Positions 39,101 to 64,000 of a stretch of 64,000 nucleotides of DNA are shown here, one piece after another (within the stretch, counting starts at the first letter, position 1; each line of letters starts with the position of its first letter). Under the pieces are notes generated by a model. That model was not told the origin of the DNA. It did no database searches and saw only the letters and a list, made by a program, of their open reading frames with translations. This DNA comes from the human T2T-CHM13v2.0 reference genome, Homo sapiens. Both the position numbers and the translations under genes were made by a program. The DNA lies in assembly GCF_009914755.1 (NCBI RefSeq), contig NC_060944.1. The stretch is one strand, 5' to 3'.

Positions 39101-42100
39101 TATTAGTCTGGCTAGCGGTCTATCTTCTTGAACTTTTCAAAAAGCCAGGTCCTGGATTCATTGATTTTTTGGAAGGTTTTTTTTGTGTTTCTATTTCCTT
39201 CCGTTCTGCTCTGATCTTAGTTATTTTTTGCCTTCTGCTAGCTTTTGAATTTGTTTGCTCTTGCTGTTCTAGTTCTTTTAGTTGTGATGCTAGGGTGTCA
39301 ATTTTAGATCTTTCTTGCTTTCTCTCGTGGGCATTCAGTGCTATAAATTTCCCTGTATACCCTGCTTTAAATGTGTCCCAGGGCTTCTGGTACGTTGTGT
39401 CTTTGTTCTTATTGGTTTCAAAGAACATCTTTATTCCTGCCTTAATTTCGTTATTTACCCAGTAGTCATTCAGGAGCCAGTTGTTCAGTTTCCATGTAGT
39501 TGTGTAGTTTTGAGGGAGTTTCTTATTCCTGAGTTCTAATTTGATTGCACTGTGATCTGAGAGACAGTTTGTTGTGATTTCCATTCTTTTGCATTTGCTG
39601 AGTAGTGTTTTACTTCCAATTATGTGGTCAATCTTAGAGTACGTGCGACGTGGTGCTGAGAAGAATGTATATTCTGCCGATTTGGGGTGGAGAGTTCTGT
39701 AGATGTCTATTAGTTCTACTTGGTCCAGGGCTGAGTTCAAGTCCTGGATATCCTTGTTAATTTTCTGTCTTGTTGATCTGTCTAATATTGATGGTGGTGT
39801 GTTAAAGTCTCCCAGTATTATTGTGTGGGAGTCTAAGTTTCTTTGTAGGTCTCTAAGAACTTGCTTTATGAATCTAGGTGCTCCTTATATTGGGTGCATA
39901 TATATTTAGGATAGTTAGCTCTTCTTGATGCATTGATCCCTTTACCATTACGTAATGGCCTTGTCTCTTTTGATCTTTGTTGGTTTAAACTCTGTTTTGT
40001 CAGAGACTAGGATTGCAACCCCTGCTTTTTTTTTCCTTTCCATTTGCTTGGTAAATATTCCTCCATCCCTTTATTTTGAGCATATGTGAGTCTTTGCACA
40101 TGAGATGCGTCTCCTGAATACAGCACACTGATGGGTCTTGACTATTCAGTTTGCCAGTCTGTGTCTTTTAATTGGGGGCATTTAGTCCATTTATATTTAA
40201 GGATAATATTGTTTTGTGTGAATTTGATCCTGTCATTATGATGCTAGCTGTTATTTTGTCAGTTAGTTGATGCAGTTTCTTCCTAGCATGGAAAGTCTTT
40301 ACAATATGGTATGTTTTTGCAGTGGCTGGTACTGGTTGTTCCTTTCCATTTTAGTGCTTCCTTCAGGAGCTCTTGTAAGGCAGGCCTGGTGGTGACAAAA
40401 TCTCTCAGCATTTGCTTGTCTGTAAAGGATTTTATTTCTCCTTCGCTCTCCTTTGCTTATGAAGCTTAGTTTGGCTCAATATGAAATTCTGGGTAGAAAA
40501 TTCTTTTCTATAAGAATGTTAAATATTGGCCCACACTCTATTCTGGCTTGTAGGGTTTCTGCTGGAAGATCTGTTTTTAGTCTGATGGGCTTCCCTTTGT
40601 GGGTAACCCGACCTTTCTCTCTGGCTGCCCTTAACATTTTTTCCTTCATTTCAACCTTGGTGAATCTGAAGATTTTGTGTCTTGGGATTGTTCTTCTCGA
40701 GGAGTATCTTTGTGGTTTGTCTATATTTCCTGAATTTGAGTGTTGGCCTGCCTTGTTAGGTTGGGGAAAGTTCTCCTGGATAATATCCTGAAGAGTATTT
40801 TCCTACTTGATTCCATTTTCCCCATCACTTTCAGGCACACCAATCAAATGTAGATTTGTTTGGTCTTTTCACATAGTCCCATATTTCTTTGAGGCTTTAT
40901 TCATTTCTTTTAACTCTTTTTTTGCTCTAATCTTGTCTTCTCGCTTTATTTCATTGAGTTGATCTTCCATCTCTGATATCCTTTCTTCCACTTGATCAAT
41001 TCAGCTATTGATACTTGTGTATGCTTCATGAAGTTCTCATGCTGTTTTTCAGCTCCATCAGGTCATTTATGTTCTTCTCTAAACTGGTTATTCTAGTTAG
41101 TAACTCGTCTAAGCTTTTTTCAAGGTTCTTAGCTCCGTTGCATTGGGTTAGAAATGCTCCTTTAGCTCAGAGGCATTTGTTATTACCCACCTTCTGAAGT
41201 CTCTTTTTGTCAATTGGTCAAACTCATTCTCCATCCAGTTTTGTTCCCTTGCTGGTGAGGAGTTGTGATGCTTTGGAGGAAAAGAGGCATTCTGTTTTTT
41301 GGAATTTTCAGCCTGTTTGGACTGGTTTCTCCCCATCTTCATGGATTTATCTACCTTTGGTGTTTGCTGTTGGTGACCTTTGGATGGAGTTTTTGCATGG
41401 TTTTCCTTTTTGTTGATGTTGATGCTATTGCTTTCTGTTTGTTAATTTTTCTTCTAACAGTCAGGCTCCTCTGCTGCAGGTTCCCTGGAGTTTGCTGGAG
41501 GTTCACTCTAGACCCTGTTTGTCTGGGTATCAGCAGTGGAGTCTGCAGAACAGCAAAGATTGCTGCCTGTTTATTCCTCTGGAAGGTTTGCCCCAGAGGG
41601 CACCTACCAGATGCCAGCCAGAGGTCTCCTGTATGGGGTGTCTGTTGGTCCCTACTGGGAGATGTCTCCCAGTCAGGATACACAGGGGTCAGGTACCTAC
41701 TTGAGGAGGCAGTCTGTCCCTTATCAGAGCTTGAACACTGTGCTGGGAGATCTGCTGCTCTCTTCTGAGCTGTCAGGCAGGGACATTTAAGTCTGCTAGA
41801 GCTGTGCCCATAGTCACCCTTCCCCCAAGTGCTGTGTCCCAGGGAGATGGGAGTTTTATCTTTAAGTCCCTGACTGGGGCTGCTGCCTTTTTGTCCAGAG
41901 ATGCCCTGACAAGAGAGGAGGAATCTAGAGAGGCAGTCTGGCCACAGGGACCTTGCTGAGTTGTGGTGGGCTCCCCACAATTCGAACTTCACATGGCTTT
42001 GTTTACACTCTGAGGGTAAAGCCACCTACTCAAGCCTCAGCAATGGCGGATGCCCCAATCCCCACCAAGTTCAAGTGTCCCAGGTCGACCTCAGACTGCT

Positions 42101-43945
42101 GTGCTGGCAGTGAGAATTTCAAGCCAGTGGATCTTAGCTTGCTGGGCTCCATGGGTGTGGGACCGCCAAGCCAGACCACTTGGCTCCCTGGCTTCAGCCC
42201 CCTTTCCAGGGGAATGAACGGTTCTGTCTCGCTGGCATTCCAGATGCCACGGGGGTATGAAAAAAAAAAGCTCCTGCAGCTAGCTCAGTGTCTGTCCAAA
42301 CGGCCGCCCAGTTTTATGCTTGAAACCCAGGGTCCTGGTGGTGTAGCCACTAGAGGGAATCTCCTGGTCTTCTGGCTGTGAAGACCATGGAAAAATCACA
42401 GTATCTGGGCCAACCAGGAGGCACTATTCCTCCTGGTATAGTCTCTCATGGCTTCCTTTGGCTAGGGGAGGGAAATCCCCTGAATGCTTGCACTTCCTGG
42501 GTGAGGTGATGCCCCACCCTGCTTTGCCTCACCGTCCGTGGCCTGCACCCACTGTTCAAGCAGTCCCAATGAGATGAACTGGGTACCTCAGTTGGAGATG
42601 GAGAAGTCACCCTGCCTTGTGTGTCGATCTCGCTCGGAGCTGTTCCTATTTGGCCATCTTGCCAGCAACCTGTTTATCTTTTCAAAAAACCATTTTTGTT
42701 GTTTCACTGGTCTTTTTTTTTTTTGTCTCAATCACTGATTTCTGCTCTTATCTATATTGTTTCTTTTCTTCTAATTTTAGACTTCGTCTGCGTTTGCTTT
42801 TCTAGGTCTTTTTAAGGTGCATCATTAGGTTGTTTAAAGTTTTTAAGAGCTTTTTTGATGGAGGCATCTATTGCGATAAACTTCTTTCTTAGTACTACTA
42901 TTTTTGCTTTCTTAGTACTACTATTTAGGTTTTGGGATGTTGTGTTTCCATTTTCATTATTTCAAAATTTTAAAATTTTCTTATTTTTTAATTGACCAAG
43001 TCGTTTTATAGGTGCATGTGATGTATTTTCCACAAGTTTGTGTAGTTTCCAAAGTTTCTCTTGTTATTGATTTTCAGTTTTCCATTTTGGTCAGAAAAGA
43101 TACTTCATACCATTCAATTTTTTACTTTTTTGAGGCATGTTTTGTGGCCTAACACATGGTCTTTCCTGGAGAATATTCCATGTACTGAGAAGAATGTGTG
43201 TTCTGCAGCTGTTTGATGGCATATTCTTAAAAAAAATGTTTGTTTTTACCTTTCAGGTCTGTTGGGCTTAAAGATGAGATGTTCTTTAAATGTCTATTAG
43301 ATTAATTTGTTCTATAGTGTAGATCAAGTCTGATGTTCTCTGTTGATTTTCTGTCAAATAGTCTGTCCAATAATGAAAGTGGGGTGTTAAAGTCCCCAGC
43401 TGTTATTATTAGGGTTTCACTCTCTTTTTAGCTCTAATAACATTTGCTTTATAGATCTTGGTCCACTGGTGTGGGTTGTACATATATTTACAATTTTTTA
43501 TATCCTTTTGCTGAATTGACCTCTTTATCATTATATAACACATTATTTGCCTCTTTTTTGCCATTTATGTCTTGAAATTTATTTCTCTGATACAAATATA
43601 GCTACTCCTGTTCTTTTTTTGCTTGCATTTGCATGGAATATCTTTTTCCATCCCTTTATTTCCAGTCTTTGCATGCCTTTATAGATAAAGTGAGTTTCTT
43701 GTAGGAGCATATATTTGGTTGTTGTTTTATTACCACTCAAGGACTCTATGTCTTTTGATTGCAGAAGTTAGGCCATTTACATTCAATATTGGCATTTATA
43801 GGTAAGAACTCAATACTGCCATTTTGTTATTTGTTTACTAGTTGCTTTATCAATCCTCTCTTCTTTTCTTCCTTACTTCCTGTCTTCCTTTGTGTAAAAG
43901 TGGTTTTCTCTGGTGGTATGGTTTAATTTCCTTGTGATTTATTTA
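33195..43945 (-). mobile_element. Old L1MA-type element, host of the L1PA at 36228-42667
   Basis: L1MA-like 3' end at ~33200 and ORF2 relics on the minus strand. The sequence continues colinearly after 42671. Confidence 0.88.
36228..42667 (-). mobile_element. Full-length L1PA7/8-like element with disrupted ORFs
   Basis: 3' UTR at 36230, ORF2 and ORF1 fragments, and a 5' UTR ending ...ggccatcttgcc. Imperfect TSD ttta(c/t)ctttt at 36218-36227 and 42673-42682. Confidence 0.92.
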
Positions 43946-43995
43946 TTTCTCAGTTTTTAAGTTTTGGGTTTTTTATTGGCTTAATTTTTTTCAAT

Positions 43996-56380
<12,385 letters not shown>

Positions 56381-58532
56381 CTGGCTTATGTTTTTTTTTC
56401 AATGGGAGCCTCCAATCACCATAAAAGATTATGTACCTTACATAGTTGTACTTGTTATACTTTTTAATTTTTATTTTTCATTTCTTTAGTAGGTACAAGT
56501 GCAGATTTCTTACATGCATATATTGCATACTGTTGGGTAGACTGGGCTTTTAGTGTACCCGTCACCTTAATAGTGATCACTGTACCCAATAGGTAAATTT
56601 TCAACCATCACCTCTCTCCCACCCTCCTATCTTTTGTAGTCTCCAATGCGTATTATTTCACTCTGTATGTCCATATGTATCAATTGTTTAGCTCTCATTT
56701 ACAAGTGATGGCATGCAGTATTTGACTTTCTGTTTCTGAGTTTTTCACTTAAGATAATGGGCTTCAATACCATCAGTGTTGCTGCAAAAGACATGATTTT
56801 ATGGCTGAGTAGTATTTTCTATATCCAGTTCTCCGCTGATGGACATGTATGTTTATTTCTTTTTTTGCAATTGTGAATAGGTCTGTGATAAACATGAGTG
56901 CAGGTATATTTTTGATATACTGATTTCTTTTCCTTTGGGTATATACCCAGTAATGGAATTGGATCAAATGGTAGTTCTGTTATTAGTTCTTTGAGAAATC
57001 TCCTTATTGTTTTCCGTAGAGGTTGTACTTATTTACATTTCTACCAACAGTATATAAGCATTACCTTTTCTTCACATCCTCATCAACATCTGTTTTGTTT
57101 TTTTTGACTTTTTAGTAATAGCCATTCTGACTGGTATAAGATTATATTTTACTATTTTAATTTTTATTTCTCTGATGATTAGAAATATTGAGCATTTTTC
57201 ATGTTTGTTGACTGCTTGTAGGTACTCTTTTGAAAAATGTCTGTTTGTATCCTTTGCCCGCTTTTTAATGGGGTTGTTTCTTGTTGTTTTGTTGTTAGAG
57301 TTCCTTGTAGATTCTGGATGTAAGCGCTTTGTTGGATGCATAGTTTGCAAATATATTTTCCCACTTTATAGGTTGTCTGTTTACTTTATTAATTATTTCT
57401 TTTGCTGTGCAGAAACTTTTTAGTTAAATTATCTCGTCTGTTTATTTTTATTGCATTTGCTTTTGAGGACTTGGTCATTAATTCTTTGCCTAGACCAATG
57501 TCTGGAAGGGTTTTTCCTAAGTTTTCTTCTAGGATTTCTGTGGTTTCAGGTCTTACACTTTGGTCTTTGATCCATATTGAGTTTATTTTTGTATATTTTG
57601 AGAGGTATGGGTCCAGTTTTATTATCCCATATGTGTTTATCCAATTTTACTGGCACCACTTATTTATAGGGTGTCATTTCCCCAGAATATATTTTTGTTG
57701 ACTTTTTAAAAGATAAGTTGGTTGTAGGTATGGGGCTTTATTTCTGAGTTGTCTATTCTGCTCCATTGATCTATGTGTCTATGTTATGCCAGTACAATGC
57801 TGTTTTGGTTTCTATAGTTTTGTAGTATAATTTGAAAACAGGTAATGTGATGCCTCCAGCTTTGTTCTTCTTCCTTAGAATTGCTTTGGCTGTTCAGGCC
57901 CTTTTTTTGGTTCCATATTAATTTTAGGATTTTTTTTTCTAATTCTGTGAAAAATAACATTGGTAATTTGATAGGGATTGTGTTGAATCTGTAGTTTGCC
58001 TTGAACAGTATGGTCATTTTAATGATATTGCATATTCTAATTTATAAGCGTGGGGGTTTTTCATTTGTTTATGTCATCTAGGATTTTTTTCATCAGTGTT
58101 TTGTAGTTCTCCTTCTAGAAGTCTTTCAGCTTCTAGGTCAAAGATATTCCTCGGTATTTTTTTGTAGCTATTGTAAATGGGATTGTTTTCTTGATTTGGC
58201 CTTTGGCTGGCTCATTATTTGTGTATATAAACACTACTGATATTTGTACATTAATTTTGTATCCTGACGCTCACTGCTTCCTTTGTCAAATTTAAGAATT
58301 TTGGGCAGCATCTTTAGGGTTCTTCAGGAATAATATTATATCATCAGCAAACAGGGGTAACTTGACTTCCTCTTTTCCAATTTGGATGCATTTTATTTCT
58401 TTCTTCTGCCTGATTGCTCTGGCAAGAAATTCCAGTACTGTGTTGAATAAGAATAGTGAAAGTCGGCATCCTTGTATTGTTCTAGTTCTTACAGGAAATG
58501 CTTTCAACTTTCCCATATTAGATATGATGTTG

Positions 58533-59113
58533 TTGGGTACACATGGACACAAAGATGGGAAGAGTAGACATGGGACACTCTAAATTAGGGGAGGAAGGAT
58601 GGGGAACAAGGGTTGGGAGATTACTTATTGGGTACTATGTTTGCTACTTGGGCAACAGATCATTAGAAGCCCAAACCTCAGCATCAGAAAATATACCCAT
58701 ATAAAAAACCTGCACAGGTACCCCTGAATCTAAAATTTTAAAAAACGAGATAGAATTATGAGATTAGGTAATGCATATTTTAGCCTTAGGATTGAGGTCT
58801 TTGCAAAAAGTAGGGAAAATGTCTTCTTACTCATTTCCTTATGCACAAAACATGTCCTCAGAAATATTTCTACTAGCATCATTAAATGTATTTTCAAATT
58901 TCTCTATTTAGGGCCCTGTGCTAGTTGCTAAGGATGTAGGTAAAACAAGTGAACAAGAAAATCCTGTTTTGAAAGGTCTTCTGATTCTAGTGGGAGAAAG
59001 AAAAAGAGTTTGATATTAATCAGCTGCCCTCTTGGAATAAGCAGAAATACTACCACATTCTTATAGATGAATGATACACAGGAGGATCTGAAGGGTTTCT
59101 ATTTTTTAAAAAG
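58533..59113 (+). mobile_element. Short L1 (L1PA15/16-like) 3' fragment (58533-58745) plus non-L1 tail
   Basis: L1 3' UTR ending aacctgcacaggtacccctgaatctaaaa. The whole insert is bracketed by tatgatgttg (58523-58532 and 59114-59123). Confidence 0.75.
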
Positions 59114-61519
59114 TATGATGTTGGCTGTGGGTTTGTTGTATATAATCTTTATTATGTTGAAGTATATTTCTTCTATGCCTAGTTTGTTGAGGATTTTTAT
59201 CATGAAGTGATGCTGAGTTTTATTGGATGCCTTTTCTGCATCTGTTGAGATGATCATATGGTTTTTGTTTCTAATTCTGTTGATGTGATATATCACACTT
59301 ACTGATTTCCATATGTTAAACCATCCTTCCGCCCTTGGGATAAATTACACCTGATCGTGGTGTGGTATCTTTTTGATGTGCTGTTGGATTCCATTTTTTA
59401 GTGTTTTGTTGAGGATTCCCTGCTTATCTATGTTTTAGAATAGTTTCAAAAGAATAGGTATTAATTTTTTTTGTATGTTTGGTGTAATTTGGCTGTGAAT
59501 CCTCCTGATCCTGGGATTTTTTTGTTGAGAGATTTTTTATTACTGATTTCAGTCTCACTACCAATTATTTGTCTCTTTGGGAATCCTCTTTTATCCTGGT
59601 TTAATCTTGGGAAATTGTGTGTTTTCGGGAATTTATCCATTTACTCTAGGTTATCTAAGTTGTGAATACTTGTTTGTAATAGTCTTTAGTGACCTTTGTA
59701 CTTCTGTGGTATCAGTTGTAATGTCTCCTTTGTCATTTCTGATTGTGTTTATTTGCGTCTTTATTTTTTTCTTAGTTAGTCTAGCTAGTGGTTTATCAGT
59801 TTTGTATATCTTTTCAAAGAACTAATTTTTTTGTTTCATTGATCCTTTGTATTTTGGGAGGGTTCTATTTTATTTATTTTTGTTCATTTCCTTGTTATTT
59901 ATTTTCTTCTGCTAACTTTGGGTTTGGTTTGTTCTTTTTCTAGTTCCTTGAGGTGTGACATTAGCTTGTAAATTTGTGGTCCTTCTACTTTTTTGATATA
60001 GGCATTTAATGTTAAGACTTCCCTCTTGGCACTGCTATTGCTGTATACCATAGGTTTTGGTTATGTTGTGTTTTTATTTTCACTTGTTTCAAAAAATGTT
60101 TAATTTCCATATTAATTTCTTTATTGACCTAGTGACTGTTCAGGAGCATGCTATTTAATTCCCATGTATTTATATAGTTTCCAAGGTTCCTCTTGCTGTT
60201 GATTTCTAGCTTTATTCCACTGCAGCCTGAGAAGATACTCGATATGATTTTGATTTTTAAAAATTTAAGACTTGTTTTGTGACCTAACATGTAGTGTATC
60301 TTAGAGAATGTTCCCTGTGCTGATGAAAAGAATATATATTGGGTAGAATGTTTTGTAAATGTCTGTTATATCCATTTGGTCTCAAGTCCAATTTAAGACC
60401 AACGTTTGTTAATTTTTGTCTTGATGATCTGTCTGGTGCTGTGAGCAGGGTGTTGAATTCTCCCACTATTATTGTATTGCTGTCTCTTTTTTCAGGTCTA
60501 GAAATATTGGAATTCTGAATTTGGGTGCTCTGATGTTGGATGTATATGTATTTAGGATTGTTATATCCTCTTGCTAAGTTGATCTCTTTTTCATTATATA
60601 ATGACCTTTTTTGTCTTTTTTCAAACCATTTTTATTGTACAGTGTTTATCTTGCTTACTGTTGATTTTCATTTGTGTGGAATATCTTTTTCCACCTCTTT
60701 ATTTTTAGTTTATATGTGTCTTTATGGGTAAGATGAGTGTCTTACAGGCACCATATAGTTGGTTTATGGTTTTTAAAAATTCATTCTGCCAATCTTTATC
60801 TTTTAAGCAGAGCATTTATTCTATTTACATTCAAGTTTAACATTGATATATGACATTTTGTTCCTGTTATATTTTTGTTTTCAAGTTATTTTATAACTTT
60901 TTTTCTTTATTTTTCTCTGTCTTTGTGGTTTGAGGAAATTCTGTCATGTTGCCATTTTATATTTTTCTCTTGCTCCTTGTGTGATTGTTTTATACAAACT
61001 GTGAATTTTATATTTTTGTATATTTTTGTGACTATCAACCTTTTGTTTCCATGCTTAAGACCCTTTTAAGCATTTCCTGTAGGACTAGATTAGTGGTGAC
61101 AAAGTCTCTTAGCATTTGCTTGTCTAGGGAAAACTTTAATTCTCCTTCATTTATGAAGCTTATCAAAAGGATACAAACTTCTGGCTGACAGTGTTTTTCT
61201 TTAAGCACTTTGTAAAGATACCATCTCATTCACTTCTGGCCTGCAAGGTTTCTTTTGGAAAATCTGCTGTTAGTTTGATGCAGTTTCTTTTATAGGTGAC
61301 TAGATACTTTACTCTTGCTAATTTTAAAATACTTTCACTTTTACTTTAGACATTCTGAATATAATATGCCATGGTGAAGTCCTTTGTGCAACTATTTTCC
61401 TGGGTATCACTGGGCCTCCTGTATCTGGATGTCTGACTCTCTTGATAAAGTTGGGAAGTTTTCATTGATTATTTCCTTACATATATTTTCTAAATTTTTG
61501 TTCTATCTACATCTGAGGA

Positions 61520-61940
61520 TGATATGGTTTGGATCTGTGTTCCCACTCAAATCTCATGTTGAAGGTGAGGCCCCAATGTTAGAGGTGGGGCCTAGTGGAA
61601 AATGATTGGTTCATTGGGGAAGTTTCTCATAAATGGCTTAGTACCATTCCCTTGGTGCTGTTCTTGTAACAGTGAGTGAGTGAGTTACTGTGAAATGTGG
61701 TTGATCTAAAGTGTGTAGTGTGCACCTTCCTTGCCTCTTTCTCTTACTCCAGCCATGTGATGTGCCTCACTTCCCCTTTGCTTTCTGCTATGATTGGAGG
61801 CTCCTAAAGCCTCCCCAGAAGCAGAAGCCATTATGCTTTCTGTATATCCTGCAGAACTGTGAGCCGATTAAACCTCTTCTCTTTATAAATTATCCAGTCT
61901 CAGGTATTTCTTTATAGCAGTCCAAAAATGGACTAATAGA
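61520..61940 (+). mobile_element. MSTA/MSTB-like MaLR solo LTR
   Basis: Sequence tgatatggtttggatctgtgttcccactcaaatctcatgttg ... ccagtctcaggtatttctttatagcag...ggactaata. Confidence 0.88.
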
Positions 61941-62358
61941 TGGTGATCTCAGGAATACTGATAATTCATAAGTTCCATCACTCTGTGTAGTCCCAGACAT
62001 CTTGAAGATGTTGTTCATTCTTATTCTTTTTTTTTTTTTTTGTCTGACTGGATAATTTCAAAAGACCTGTCTTCAATTTCTGAGATTTGTTTTTCTGATT
62101 ATTCTATTATTAACGATTTCAATGTATTTTGTATTTCTTTCAATGAATTTTTTAGTTCCAGATTTTCTGCTTGCTTTTTCTTTAAAATATTGATCTCTTT
62201 GGTAAATTTCTCAGTTCTTATCCTGAATTGATTTTCTGATTTCTTTGTATTTGTTTCTAGATTTCTCTTGTATCTCATTGAGCTTCTTTCAAATCAATAT
62301 TTTGTATCCTCATGTGGCATTTTGAGCAATTCTTTTTGTATTAGGGTCTGTTGATGAA

Positions 62359-62769
62359 TGTATTAGCATGTTCTTGCATTGCTAATATCTGAAACTGGGT
62401 AATTTATAAGGAAAAGAGGTTTAGTTGGCTCACAGTTTTGCAGACATTACAAGCAGCTTAGTAACATCTGCTTCTGGAGGAGCCTCAGGAAGCTTCCAAT
62501 CATGGCAGAAGGCCAAGGGGGAGCACACACATCACATGGTGAAAGCAGGAGCAAGAGAACAAAGGGGAGGTGTTACACACTTTTAAATGAACAGAACTCA
62601 TGAGAACTCACTCACTATTATGAGGACAGTACCAAGAGGAATTGTGCTAAATTATTCATGAGAAATCCACTCCCACGATCCAGTCACCTCCCACCAGTCT
62701 CCACTTCCAACCTTGGGAATTACATTTCAGTATGAAATTTGGGCAGGGGAACACATCTGAATCATATTA
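62359..62769 (-). mobile_element. MSTA/MSTB-like MaLR solo LTR, opposite orientation
   Basis: Sequence tgtattag...gggtaatttataaggaaaagaggtttagttggctcacag...aagcttccaatcatggcagaagg. Confidence 0.88.
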
Positions 62770-62873
62770 CTGGACAATTGTTGTGGTCTTTTGGTGGTGT
62801 CATATTTCCCTGCTTTTTTCATGTTTCCTGTGTCATTCTATTGATATGTACACATCTGGTGTTCCAATTTTTA

Positions 62874-64000
<1,127 letters not shown>

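Overview
This is primate (human-like) genomic DNA. Its only intact gene is a five-exon KRAB/C2H2 zinc-finger gene on the minus strand, recognised as ZNF337. The coding exons 21895-21921, 21500-21626, 21071-21166 and 10530-12535 splice at canonical GT-AG sites into 2256 nt (751 aa plus stop). A non-coding first exon lies in a CpG island at about 31.5-32.65 kb. Downstream of the gene are a ~3 kb MED28 processed pseudogene inserted into an old L1, an ERVL (HERV16/LTR16-like) relic, a MER45-type DNA transposon and many Alus. Upstream (33.2-64 kb) is an Alu-free stack of nested L1s, almost all on the minus strand, including three full-length L1PA copies and a twin-primed inverted L1. I found no evidence for a new self-contained biological system. 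The most interesting signals are: two neighbouring young L1s sharing private variants, including an ORF2 frameshift; an L1 inserted into another L1 at the exactly homologous position; two apparent L1 3' transductions; a frameshift-killed extra zinc finger hidden at the ZNF337 stop codon; a ~33-bp tandem array of ZNF143/THAP11-type motifs at the promoter; and LTR-derived poly(A) signals for the gene. Repeat subfamily calls come from remembered diagnostic sequence and are approximate.
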